DNA of 64,000 nt from Oculina patagonica (Eukaryota), in assembly GCF_052425735.1 (NCBI RefSeq), contig NC_135760.1, positions 4,774,001 through 4,838,000 of the forward strand, read 5' to 3'. Positions 12,008 to 24,296 of this stretch are shown piece after piece. Positions within the stretch are counted from its first letter, which is position 1; every line of letters begins with the position of its first letter. Both the position numbers and the translations under genes were made by a program. The notes under the pieces are model-generated. The model saw nothing but the letters and a program-made list of their open reading frames with translations, was not told the DNA's origin and ran no database searches.

Positions 12008-13164
12008 ATCTTGAAGTTTGTTTAGTCGGGCATTGTACTTTTGAATTTGCCTTAGTAAATAATGAAACATATTCTGCTTCTTATTAAGTTAACTTGTCTT
12101 TCTAGATCTCTAAAATTTATTCGATTTCCTAAAATCGAAATGGAAATTCTTGGATGATTGATTTTCAGAAATTTGGTTTTAATATATTTCGCTGCAGTGT
12201 GCTCTGTCTGCTCTAAACAAAAGGTACCTGACACATTTAATAGAGTGGAAACGTTTCCTAATCTTATTTCCCCCACCACCACCCCCCTGCCGAGGCAAAC
12301 TCGTGTTAATTTGTGGCCTGCTAAGACTTTGGGGTTTATCGGGATCTAATTCTTTATTCGACGGCCGACCAAACGCGGAAATTCCCGTTTCATTTGTTGT
12401 GCGCCACCATCTAGTGCTGCCACAACCCTTCCCCTCCTCGCCCCCTGGGTCGGCCGAAATAATAAACTAAAGGACAAAACGCGTTATATAAACGGTCGAA
12501 TGAAAACAAAACTAGTTTTAGTTGTCATGGGGTTCTCGGGAACGTCACGCCATCTACCGTCGGGGAGGAGCGCGTTACAGGCCTAAAGAACGTTTGCCTC
12601 AGGTGTCTTTTCCTGTTTGTTGGATGATTTTGGAAAATCTTTCCTGTTTCAGCGTCTTCCTGTAGTTGATCCGGCATCCCGATTGTGAAGCACATGTTAC
12701 AAGATCTTTAGGTATCTACCTAAGCATAACAGTTTCAAGTTCCCAACGACCTAATGGGCGGAGGGGGGTGGGGGGGGGGGGTGGGAGGTGTCCATCAACT
12801 CTTCCCCTACCGGCTCTTCTACATTTGCAGGGTGTGAGCTGCTATGCTTTCAAAAGCATTTTTCCCTCAAAACAATTCGCTAACTCGGTTCTCCCACATC
12901 CCCTTCATTTCTGTTTTGTTCAAGTCTCAGAGGATTGAGTATTTTACTCAGATTAATGTGATACAATGGTCGCGATACAATAGAAAGCAGCGAAAGGACC
13001 TGTGTTTAAAACTAGCACTTTCAGTAAGAACGATCACTGTTTAATGGGATATCCCAGGACATTAATCTGTCAAATCTCGCAGGTAACAACTGCGATGAAA
13101 ACGATGTGAAACGCACTAAAGTTTTGGAAGAGGAAAATACTCATATAGTCTAGTTATAAATAAC

Positions 13165-13402
13165 ATAATAAATGACTTTATTTAAAGAAGAAGCCACTTC
13201 AGCTTTAGCTGGTTTACGTGCAGATCCTTTATCCAGATCCAGTTGGAATGAGGGAGGAAAACCGGAGAACCCGGAGAAAAACCCTGGGGCAGGGACAAGA
13301 ACCAACAACAAACACAACCCACCTATGGCTCCTGACCGGAATCGAACCTGGGCCACATTGACAGGAGGCGAGCGCATTCGCAACTGCTCCATCCCTGCTC
13401 CC
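13165..13402 (-). mobile_element. tRNA-derived SINE (V-domain-like core), degenerate
   Basis: Reverse complement resembles the SINE at 15240 (B box GGTTCGATTCC; TTTTCTCCGGGTTCTCCGGTTTTCCTCC). Confidence 0.75.
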
Positions 13403-13616
13403 CTATTCAATACAGCAAATTCGAGAAAAGCTGTCGGAAAAAAGCACAAAAGTGAATAGAATTCACATTCAACCCTTCTTGGTTGCAGTTGATTTGCAGC
13501 GAAGTCTTTGCGCCAATCAGAGTCTTCCATTTGTCTCGACCCAAGGACGTCGGCAATCAGCGAGTAAAGGGAGCAGGTGCTTTCTTCGATGACGAGGAAA
13601 TTCCGTTGTCCGTTTA

Positions 13617-14385
13617 GTTTAGTTTATTTGTCGCACACATTTATATTTACAAGAAAAAAAAATAATAGCAAGAAAAAAAAAAGAAACAAAAAACCGTGCT
13701 ACAAGAGACAGAAACAGGGGAAAGCTGCAATTGAAGGGGTATCAAATGGTCTTTGCGAGCATTTGCGAGCATGCGAGCACAGCGTTTTTCTTTGCGAGCA
13801 CGAGCATTGACAAAAATTAGCCTTGTGAGCAACGAGCACTTTTCAAAAACCTACCTCCACTAAAAACCGAGCATGCGAGCACTTGTAAAAATAAGCGAGC
13901 ACGAGCAAACGAGCATCCACTAAAATTTTGCGTGCATTGCGAGCACTGCGACATTTTGAGGGACCATTCATGACCCCTTAACTGAGACAAGAATCAAAAA
14001 GGGATAAAAATATTTCACACTTCGAGAAGACAGAAAGAAAGAAAAAAACGTTGAAAAAATTATTGCGGCTGATATAGACTAAGCTAATCTATTATCTTAT
14101 TAATAAGATTCTTAAATTGAGTAATTGTAGAGCTATTCTTAATTACACTGGGTAGATTGCAATTTTTAACAGTCCTAGGAAAGTATGAGTTCGAAAAGTA
14201 TGACTGGTGGTGGGAAGTACTGAGAAGGAAATTACCTGGATCAAAGTTACGTCTAGAATAAGAGCAAGTTGCAGGTTGTAAGAAATTACCAAAATTTGCA
14301 TTAACTAATCCAATCTTATATTTAAGTAAAAGAGTCAAGTCATGTATTTCTCTACGATATTCTAACGGTACGCAATTCCAGCTGT
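13617..14385 (-). mobile_element. CR1/L2-type LINE 3' fragment
   Basis: PLEYRREIHDLTLLLKYKIG...FSNSYFPRTVK..LP (RT C-terminus) with a (TAAAC)n-like tail; paralogous fragment at ~55878-57200. Confidence 0.65.
13734..13979. mobile_element. MITE nested in the LINE fragment
   Basis: TIR AAGGGGTATCAAATGGTC / GACCATTCATGACCCCTT; internal GCGAGCA repeats; absent from the paralog. Confidence 0.7.
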
Positions 14386-14699
14386 ATTAAGCTATAATAT
14401 AATAATATAATAATAAAGACTTTATTTAACGAGGGTAACATAATTTACTGGTGGCCCAGTAGTTTGCAATATGGCCCTCCCTCCCTCTTGGGGGATAGTT
14501 GACCTCCATACCAAGGCAGTTTTTGGTAAAGGGCGTGTTCCAGTATGTTGGTACCCTGACTTCATCCATATCGAGTACCGTTGCCCCTGCCTCGTGTGCG
14601 TATTCTGTGTTGTTGCTTTAGTAGAGCGAATTGTAATGAAACGTTTCCTGCGTAGAAAAGAAACAAAGACGTATTAGCCAGACTGGCTGATCTTTGTTG

Positions 14700-16143
14700 A
14701 GACACGATGTGGCATTGTTGAAGCTGAACAGGGCCCTGAGATACAACAACAGAGAGTGAGACCAGTCTGTCTTTCAGAATCAAACTTTCCTTCTCTTAAA
14801 ATCTGTTTCGTTACTGGATGGGGAACAAACGAGAAGAGTAAACAAAATCAATCCCAGGTATGTACCTCTGCTAATTCAGGAAAGAAAACAATGTGTTAGT
14901 TGTATTACAGGCCCATACACACTGTAATGAGCGCCAAGGACAGCGGAGAAGAAAAAGCCGAGGCAATTATTTGTATGTACGTGTATGTACTTAGGCGCTT
15001 AAATTCTCGGTTTGTTATTAACTATCAGCAGTTTGTGTTTTGTACCACAAATCCCTTGTATTCAGTTTTCATTTCTTACTGCAATGCCTTCAGAAAGCAG
15101 GAGCAGATCTCTTTACATAGCTTGTCGCATGATTTGTAACTGAATTCGCTGGAGCTGAGCTCTCATTCAGGTTATCCTGGGCCGGAGAAGGGTCGGAGAA
15201 CGCTCTCCGCGACTTGCATAGCTCACCGATAGGGGGATAGGGGGAGCAGGGATGGCACAGTGGCGAGAGCGCTCGCCTCCCACCAATGTGGCCCGGGTTC
15301 GATTCCCGGACTCGGCGTCATATGTGGGTTGAGTTTGTTGTTGGTTCTCGTCCTTGCTCCGAGGGTTTTTCTCCGGGTTCTCCGGTTTCCTCCCTCCACA
15401 AAAACCAACACTTCCAAATTCCAATTCGATCGGGAATACACGGCCCCACAAGCTTATAGCTTTAAACCTCACCGTGTCTTAATAAAGGTAATTTATTTAT
15501 TTATTTATTTACCGATTCCCTCTCTCCTTTCTCAATGCAACATGTTTCCATTTCTTTCCTAGCATAAGAATAAATACAATTAAACTTTACTTAATCATGG
15601 TTAAAACGCCAGTTAAAAAATGATACAAAATGATACGTGTTTGCCGTGTGGGTGCCCGTTGAGGCGTTGAAGTCATTGATTCCCTTTCAAAACCTTGCTA
15701 TGGTTAATGGCTTACGTAGATTAGACGGCAGTTCATTCCAAACAACAGCCCCAGATTAAACAAAACTGTGATTAAGATAATTAGTTCTTGGTTTAGGTAC
15801 TTGAAAAATGTTCTCAGAGTTGCGGATACTGTAGAAGCTTGCGAGCGGAGAACAGATCTTGCATGTATGGGGGCGTTAAATTGCATATTCGTGTAGGGCA
15901 TGACGCGATACTAATGTTTATATTGTTGAACTCCCCCTTGTCCCACGTGGCACTTGTCAGAGAAGCAATAACTTGAGGGGTTTTGGATTCTGCGTCACAA
16001 CTAGCAAACCGCATGCGCTGTGCAGGTTACGCTCAAAGCGGAATTGACGCATGTCCAGTTGATAGTGGAGGACCTCTGGTATGTGAGAGGAACAGCAAGT
16101 GGCATCTAATGGGCGTGGCCAGCTGGGGTGCTGGGTGTGCTCT
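14700..16143 (+). pseudogene. Trypsin-like protease pseudogene (remnants of the second and third catalytic exons)
   Basis: [10 protein letters not shown]...VCL...CFVTGWG at 14700-14857 and [23 protein letters not shown]...WGAGCA at 15930-16143; frameshifted and truncated. Confidence 0.85.
15240..15510 (+). mobile_element. tRNA-derived SINE with V-domain-like core and (ATTT)n tail
   Basis: A box TGGCACAGTGG, B box GGTTCGATTCC; near-identical copy at 57927-58190. Confidence 0.85.
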
Positions 16144-18089
16144 GTAGTAACTTTAGGCTAGTAGTACTATTGAAGTTTTGATTGGGTTAACTGCAAATCA
16201 AAGCTGTCGAGAATTCTTAAATCAAACAAAGCTTTGATAGTTCAGTTTCAGTATGAGTCAGTTTTGGACAACTTAGTAGTGAAATCAATTATGTATTATT
16301 ACAAAGGAGCTATTATTGTCCAATAGATAGGATCTTGCCCGTTTCGTTTTTGCCATAAATGTTTACTACATTGTACAATTAATAAAACTTGTTTAATAAC
16401 TTTGCTACTGAACCGACAATACAACAAGCTATTTTCCACTTTGTCCCCAGGGTCCTCTCGGTAGTAGGCGAAATGTTGGGGAAGACCCAGGGACTTGGCT
16501 TGACTACCCCTTCATAAAAATGGGCTCAAAACATAAAAGTTATACTCCCGAAATTCCTTCAAAGATGCCAAGGCACATCAACTTACTTTTTGATTTTCCG
16601 TTCGAGCTACGTGAACGGTAATCCGTTGCCTGAATATTGCGAATTTGAAAATGTTTACTATGTGTTTTATACAACAACATGCATGGCCGCGACCTTGGAA
16701 ATAGATCGATTCTGTATGTTTTAAGTGGCTTAGGGTTTTGGTACTGCTTGCAGCTGTTGTATTTCAAAATTTTCCCAGTTGCTATATTTATACTATGGCA
16801 CCTCTAAAGGGTTCACGAAAACAGGAATTAGTTGTCAAGAAATAAAATTGACATTTAATTGACCTCTTTTGTTTGCTAGGACGTGGATTAATTATGGCCT
16901 GTTAAGTTTTTGGAATTTGCAACTTAAGAGTTTGAAACCCACATGAGAGCTACACCTCAAAAAATTATTTCTATAGGTTTAAAGGGCTTACTAAATTTTA
17001 TATGATGGGATTTAGTAGATTTAGTAGACATAAATTTTTTAATTTCTAGAAGATACAGGGCCGCTGTGAGCAAGAGACCGTTTGACCTTTCTCGCAGCTT
17101 AAAAGCTAGCTCCCGCGTATCGTATGTCCTTTATCGCAGGTCACGCTATAATATAACGTAATCTTTGTTGAGTCAACATAGGGAAATCTAAAAAAATATA
17201 TATAAAATAAAATATTACTGTTGTACAATTGAGTAACTGTGATCTACGAAGAAAATGTATTTTTAACTTTGCATCCTTGAGCTGTGAATTCATAACTACT
17301 GTATTTATTTGAATTCCATCAGATCTTAAGTATTCTTTTTATACAATCACTAACATTGCTTGTTAGGTTTAAAAAAATGTAAGCTGCAGTTGGATAACAG
17401 TCTTAAAAGACCCCTTGTGAAACGTCATCGCTTCTGCATGTATTACATGCCGTTTATTTTTTAATGGCAGTTTCTTCTCAATATATGGCGAGGTTGTAGT
17501 CCAAAGCTTGACCGTGGCGCAAAAATTAGTAATTTTCTGCTCTTGGATTCTACCCAGTCTTTGCGCGCTCTTTCATTGGCGAGCACAAAGCACGAGAAAG
17601 ATCCTGGGAGGGAGTGATTCCCCGCCTCTGTTCGCAAAATTTTGACGTCACGGGCTACACGAAAATGACGTTGGTTACTAGGCCGCAACCTTGAAAAAGA
17701 AGCCATTTTTTTTTTTTTCCGAGGGGGGTGGGAGGTCTTTCTAGGGACTGGAATCTTAACTCCTGACCCTTGGCATTCTCAACTTAATTTAATAAATTTG
17801 TATTTAGCACATACTATACTGGGCACACCAAATCTGTCTGCATGTATAAATACTGTTTTACATTTAATTTTTGTAGCGTTGTGTTGTACACACAAAAGTG
17901 ATTGACCAGGGTTTTTTTTTTTTGGAAACACTTAAAATACTGTGGGAGAATTTGATAGTGTTTATATAAATGTTGCGTTTCAATTTTTACCCTTCGTAAA
18001 ATCTGGTATTTCCTTTTTTTTTACCATTTTTTTTTTATTTTTTACCATTTACCAGAACAAAGGAAAACACCAAATGATGCCAAAGGTAA

Positions 18090-18264
18090 AATAGACCATA
18101 TTCGTATTCTCGGTATTGAACTGGAACTAGCTTGCAATGGAGGCTAATGCGGGAATCATTTCAAATGCAAATGACATGAAGCTCTTTTTAATGATATTTC
18201 CTCGCATCAGCCCCCATTGTAAGCTAGTTCCAGTCTTATACCGAGAATACGAATATGGTCTATT
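18090..18264. mobile_element. Palindromic MITE
   Basis: AATAGACCATATTCGTATTCTCGGTAT / ATACCGAGAATACGAATATGGTCTATT; copy at 60776-60952. Confidence 0.8.
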
Positions 18265-18652
18265 GAACCATAACATTAAACCTCGCCTATGACTCACTCG
18301 GATTTAAATAAACTTTAAAAACTCGTTAAAAATTTTCGTGTTAAAATCCGAACCGTGACGATGGTTTTTTGGCTATGTGATCCTAATTAGCATATATTTT
18401 TACGATTTTATTCCGTTTTTTTTTTCTCGTAGTTTTAGTTTTGAATAAGAAGTACTATCTGATAAATGAGGGCGAGTGTTTCATCACATCTCCAAACACC
18501 TAAACAAATACTCCGCTGGGCATCGTATTTTCAATTCTCTAGCTTCTCGGTGTTGTGAAATTCGATGCAGAGTTTCATTTCATACTTCCAACAGGTTATT
18601 TAGAAAACGACGGCCATTGTTTATTTCTAAAATATGTTATTTTCACACTCAG

Positions 18653-21161
18653 ACAGTTCACAAGGGCCAAATAAGTGTGACACTGCATTCCAGTCCCACA
18701 AGAACAAAGTCACTGTAAGCTGGTTAATCAACGTCGGATTGCTGACACCTGATACCTACAAGGAGATATGCTTTGGAAAAGTCTTCAAGGGAATACCATT
18801 CACAATCCTGTGCTGGAACAAAGTAACAAACGCCTTTGCCTTTTCAAAATGCGATGGATCGTTATCCACGTGGTGTAAGACCAATGTCAAGAATCCCAGA
18901 GCAAGGAAACCCCGTGATGGTTCTATCATTGTGTCAGTGGAGATGAACATGAAAGGCAATTTTGGCCAGTTGGTATACTGGGAGATACTCTGGGCTGGCA
19001 TACACAACAGGGTTATTGATGAGATGCTCTACTGCACCTATAGAGTTGGTATGTAGTATTGTTATGATAACGCATAACAGTGTTCTCGAGACTGAAATTA
19101 TCAAAAAATGACAAAAAACGAAATTATTGTTTTTAAAAACTTCTTTTCTCCAGTTTTAATACCGAGGGCTCCTGTTCAACAAACAGTCTATGAGCCTGAG
19201 TTTCTATGAGTCAATAGGCGCAGCCGAGTTGATCTTATTATAGGAATACAGTATAACAAAGAATTTTAACAACGCGAACAAAATCTACGCGTTATAAAAT
19301 GTACGCCAATTTTCGAAAAGTTATTTTTACTTGCATAAAATTAACACAAACGGAACCGGCGCGTGTCTCCTGATGCTTGCAAAGATTACTGATGTTTTAC
19401 GAATCCCATAGAATTTCTTACAGCAAAAAGATACAAAAGATACGAAGCAGTTTTGTACGTACCAAAGAGAAACTATCAAAAGTGCTATTTGACTCATTTC
19501 AAAATTTGTTATTTGATTTTCTTCTCTTCCATAGAAAGTTTTGATTGTGGTAAAAAGCCACCCCGTTCTAGGATATATGGGGGCACCAACACTCGTCCAG
19601 GGGCGTGGCCCTGGCAAGTGTCATTAAAACATCGATACAAGGCACATCTGTGTGGAGGATCAGTGATTGGTCCACAGTGGATCTTAACAGCGGCTCACTG
19701 CTTTGATGGCTTTAATCCAAACGATTTCACCATTATTGCAGGTAATCCTAATTGACTTTTTCACTAAAAAAGGGTCACTACAAAGAAACTGGTAGCACTG
19801 TTGCGAAGGCTTACAGCTCTGTTATTTAAACACTTCTTAAGTCCCGGCTAAACGATTAAATATTTTCATCTTACTTCGAGCTGCAACGACATCGTTTAAC
19901 GTTCACTGGGCTGGCTTACTTCCAATCAAACAATGGTCACAATTTGTTCCTTACGCGAAATGCTAGTCTATAAGTTTGAGTTATTAACGAGCAAACATAT
20001 TTCACCCAGAACGACGTTTAATTGTTTAGTTCACTAGGAAACTCATTCCAAATAAAAGCGAAAGTTTTTCAAGTTAGCTGGACAATTTTTTCCAGCTGTT
20101 TTAAACACTCACAGGCCCATTTCTTAAGCAATAAAAACAAGTTTGATTGTATTTTAATTTCATTTTTTAATTGCTTTATTTATTCAAACCAGGGGAGCAT
20201 CATCTCTTGACAGTAGATGGTTTCGAGCAAGAGGTTGCCATCGAAAAGCTCTTCATACATCCTCGGTATAACATGACCTGTAGGTACAACAACGATGTGG
20301 CGTTGTTGAAGCTGAACAGGACTCTGAAATTCAACAACAGAGTAGGACCAGTCTGTCTTCCAGACTCGGAGTTTGCATCTGGCTCCATCTGTCACATCAC
20401 TGGGTGGGGGACAAATGGCAACAGCGGTAAAAGGCGTCCAAAGGTACATAAGATTAATAATTGGGCTAACTTAAGTATGCCGAGGAGCGCTAAAAAGAGC
20501 CTTGTTAGAGAAAGTTTTCAACAAATGACTTTTCGACTTTCTCATTTATCTTATAACGGAGGGAATTTCCTAGCGGTCCTTCATTCTAAAACACAACTTT
20601 TACTACCCTTCTGGATACTAAATGCAAGCTTTTGATACTCTGTTAAAGACCACAATAACTTTTACTAACCTTAACCCATCCTCCCTTCCCTATATAAAAA
20701 TGACAACGGTCATCCTTTTCCCTACCCCGATGATTTAGGACAACAATTCACAATTATTCCTACAAACCTACACTACAAAAACTCACCATGCGGGCTCGGA
20801 AGTCACTAATAATTTGCGAAAACTAATCTTCATGAAACTATTTCGCCTTATTTATCAGACCTTGAAGCAAGCTAAACTTCCTCTTGTGTCACGTGACACT
20901 TGCAAGAGAAGCTACAAGGACTACCGGTCTTCTGGCTACTGCGTCACAAAACGCATGCGCTGTGCAGGGTACGCTAGAGGTGGTGTTGACGCCTGTAGAG
21001 GTGATAGCGGAGGACCGCTGGTCTGTCAGCGGAACAGGAAGTGGCATGTCATGGGCGTGGTCAGTTGGGGTGCCGGGTGCGGACAAAGGGGACGCTATGG
21101 AGTCTATGCTGATGTGTTGCAGCTCAAGCAATGGATACAAGAAACGATACAAGATTCATGA
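18653..21161 (+). CDS. Trypsin-like S1A serine protease A; exons 18653-19048 (accessory domain), 19535-19741, 20193-20443, 20859-21161; first (signal) exon not identified
   Basis: GT-AG sites with consistent phases 1/1/0; activation site R|IYGG; triad motifs [14 protein letters not shown] and GDSGGPL; S1-pocket Asp (VDAC). Confidence 0.85.
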
Positions 21162-22314
21162 TGAGGAATCTTAATTGATTGTGGATAAATGATTTATTCA
21201 CCTTCCTTGTGATTTTCATTACAGTACTAGTTAACCCAACCTATATTGTAAAATTGTTTCTAAAATATGGTCACGACCATCTCAATATTAGTTGTCCTCG
21301 TTTTTGTTCTCTGTATACTTCACAGGATTCCAATTTTATGTTATGTACCTCACTTCGGTGTTTTTTATGTCTACCTGCGATTTTGTTTTTTCGTTCTCCG
21401 CCTTCTAGCTTCGTTTCCATTTTCTTGGTATTTTGACTCGCCCCACTCGCCCGGCCTGTGTGACTGATCCAAACTCACGAATGAGATCGCACGCGGAGAG
21501 AGCACCAGCAACACTACATGCTGTCTTAGGAGACGTCGCTGCAAAAAATAAATAAATTAAATTAATCTGATAACTATATTAAAAGTTGTACTTGTATTTG
21601 GTGAAAAGTATTTCTGTAATGAATGCTTTTAGCATTCCATCACTCTATTTTCTTCTTTTTCTTCGTCGCCCCGTTGACTCCCAATTCACCTTCAACAGTT
21701 TACCAGTTCATTTACCCAGCTTTTATAGTAAAATTTAGATTATACTATAGGCCTTGCGAAATTAATACCCCGAAATAAGCCCCCAGACCTGAACGCAAAA
21801 CCCCTCCAGTAACACCCACCCTCGTCCCCCACCACCCGAATGCATATATAATCCGTGGGCTTATATTTAAATTCAAATCTAACGAGAAGTTTAAAACTTC
21901 TTCAAATTATAAGCAGCCCTCTCTTATAGACATTGTTTTGTAATTGTTTTGATTATTTTAGAATCGTTTTTCGTATGTCATCTTTGTACGTAACATGATG
22001 CAACAGCACACTATTACCGTTTTGATGGTCAACAGACCGCCAAAGGTTTCATAGTATCACTAACATTTCCGTCGCATTGTTTCATTTGCTATCAAATTTT
22101 TGCATGCTCGAGAGGGAGGATACCAAACGCCTGAAAAGGATTGGAATATGAATTTCATATTCCTGTTGATTGTTGCGTCTCACAGTTGTGTGGTATTCGC
22201 TCATTCAGGTATCGATTCTTTTGATTCAGGTTAGAACCAGCCCTGTTATATGTCTACTGTGGGAAGAGAACCAATCAACACTGCTGAAACAAGCACGTAA
22301 ACATAGACAAATTA

Positions 22315-22503
22315 ATGAAGATGAAGTGTTCAACATGACTCGAGCATGGGCAAAGAAAAATTCTGAGTCCCCGACGGGAATCGAACCCATGGCCTCCCAG
22401 ATACCGGTTCGGCGCTCTAACCAAACTTATCAACCGTAGCTCAGTTGGTTAGAGCGCCCAACCGGTATCTTCACATCAAATTTACCATCTTTATTATTTA
22501 CTA
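22315..22503. mobile_element. tRNA-derived retro-insertion with internal inversion (same family as 56047-56991)
   Basis: tRNA-like segment on -, then a + strand GTAGCTCAGTTGGTTAGAGCG piece and the tail ACCATCTTTATTATTTAC; flanked by ATAGACAAATTA / ATAGAGAAATTA. Confidence 0.75.
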
Positions 22504-23254
22504 ATAGAGAAATTAGTTCCCACCTTTGAACCAAAGTACATCAAATCACCTGAAGAGAGACATTACCACCTTCAATAAGATTTATCTCCTGAAGTTGTGA
22601 CCCCGGCGAATAAACGACCGAACAAGCAGTTATGAAAAGTACTGGGCTATTTCTTTAATTCTATTCTTTTTAGGATAAAACGGATAGGCTTCTGGTTAGT
22701 TTAAGGTGCTCAGCTAAGAGGGTCTGAATGGGGTTTAAAGTTTAGTGTTATTTGCTCATAATTTTCAGTGTTTTTACATTGGTCAATTTTTTAATGTTAA
22801 ATGTTTTCCGTAGTGTTTGGAAGGTTTTTCGTGAAAGATTTAAGCATTGTAGATTCTTATCTGCCCTTCAAAAATCGGATTAAATCACTCATGCACTTAG
22901 AGAAATTTTCGAATTTCTCCTCGAAAATCTCCGTTAGCCTTCGGACATCTTCGGCAGTCTTGGAAAATTTTCGACAATATTCGTAAGTCTTCGGAAATCT
23001 TCCGAAATGATCGGAAATCGTCGGAAAATGGCCGAAAACGGCTTCATATACTAAACAAAATAATATTGGCCTTTTGGATCCGTTTTTGTTTCCTTCTGTA
23101 TAAAATTTACTGTTACAGTGAATTTTTTACTGTTAGTGTTAAAATGCCTTAAATTTAACTGTTTCATGTTACAGAGCCCAAAAATTAAGTGTTTAGTGTT
23201 ATCAAGGTACCCCCATTCAGATCCTCATTTCAGCACTGCGTAGCCTGCGTAGCT

Positions 23255-23388
23255 AGCCTGCGACTCGGCTGCGAGTACAGCCGCCTCTCACGCTCCGATC
23301 CGCTTGCTGCGTTCGTGACATTAAAACTCTCCTCTCCGAACGCAACAAGCGGATCGGAGCGTGAGAGGCAGCTGTATTCGCAGGCTAC
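23255..23388. mobile_element. Short palindromic MITE
   Basis: TAGCCTGCGA...CTCTCACGCTCCGATCCGCTTG / CAAGCGGATCGGAGCGTGAGAG...TCGCAGGCTA. Confidence 0.7.
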
Positions 23389-24108
23389 TAGGACGTGGAT
23401 TTTGGCTTTCGCGCATTGGCCAAGAATTTGAAATTTGCATCTCATAGATTCTACGCAAATAATTCAGGACGTAACAAATCCATCGAAATCGAGCATCGGA
23501 AAGCTAATCGATTTATCGATACTACTCGAAAGTGATCGATGCTTGTCGATTGATAAGTTAATTTATACGCCAATCAGAATTCAGGAAAGACGTTGTATAT
23601 TCGACGGTATATTTTCAACTCAACCTTCCCATCGTGCGCTGCGATCTTATCATCTCGACGAAATTTATATATAAAAAAAGTTACACAACACTTTCTCGTG
23701 GTATACTATGGAATACAAGTGACTCGTAGGATATTCCACAGTATACCACTCGAAAGCGTTGCATAACTAGTATTTAATCGATCGAAATCGATAATAACAA
23801 AATTCCGACTTAAATGGTTAACATAACATCGATTAAAAGAAATGAAACACTATAACTCAAGCAGCTCAAGCAACTTTAAAACTTACCTTTAAAGCTGAGA
23901 TAACTACTCTTCTCTCTAGTCGTCTATTTTCCTACTAAATTTTTCAATATTTTTCCTCCAGGGCCTCTACAGACAAGACTATGTTGAAAATGTTTAGCTG
24001 GTTGACCACGCATCACCTGTTTCGATATGATTTACTGACGCTGATTATGCAGATTATGTGTTTTGCAATCTTTTCTAAGCTGCAAAGGTCACGCTATTTT
24101 GGTCACAA

Positions 24109-24151
24109 TTCTTAGAAATCTTGGCAATCAGTCTGTAAACAATTCTTAGAA
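24109..24151. promoter_or_regulatory. Tandem GAS/STAT-type sites upstream of TRIM-NHL paralog 3
   Basis: TTCTTAGAA at 24109-24117 and 24143-24151; palindromic ATTGGCCAAT at ~24179; the sites lie ~150-190 bp before the ATG. Confidence 0.55.
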
Positions 24152-24296
24152 GTTAGACAGCATGACAAACCTCTTGTGATTGGCCAATGATATCAGTGGT
24201 CAACAGTATGATAAATACGGTATTTGATCACAAGACTTCATTGTTAGCTGCGGAGGCGTTTTAAACTCCAAAGCTTCGTTGTTGTCCGCCTTTATC

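Larger units (their letters stand above)
13460..14650 (-). pseudogene. USOMP5-like last-exon pseudogene, split by a LINE fragment
   Basis: 13460-13615 and 14497-14650 align to the last exon with indels; the acceptor region is retained. Confidence 0.8.
12290..21410 (+). repeat. Segmental duplication, paralogous to ~54270-63970
   Basis: Near-identical over 14490-18620 vs 57210-61310; exons and 3' flank also match over 19450-21410 vs 61840-63970; more diverged on the left. Confidence 0.95.

Noticed and set aside
15167-15562. Overlapping ~100-aa ORFs, also at 57854-58246, 13150-13530 and 61612-61858
   Set aside because: Spurious translations of SINE sequence.
24279-24296. TTG-initiated N-terminal extension of the TRIM ORFs in the ORF track
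   Set aside because: Eukaryotic gene; the first ATG (24297, and 51013 in paralog 4) has a good Kozak context and the extension is not conserved.
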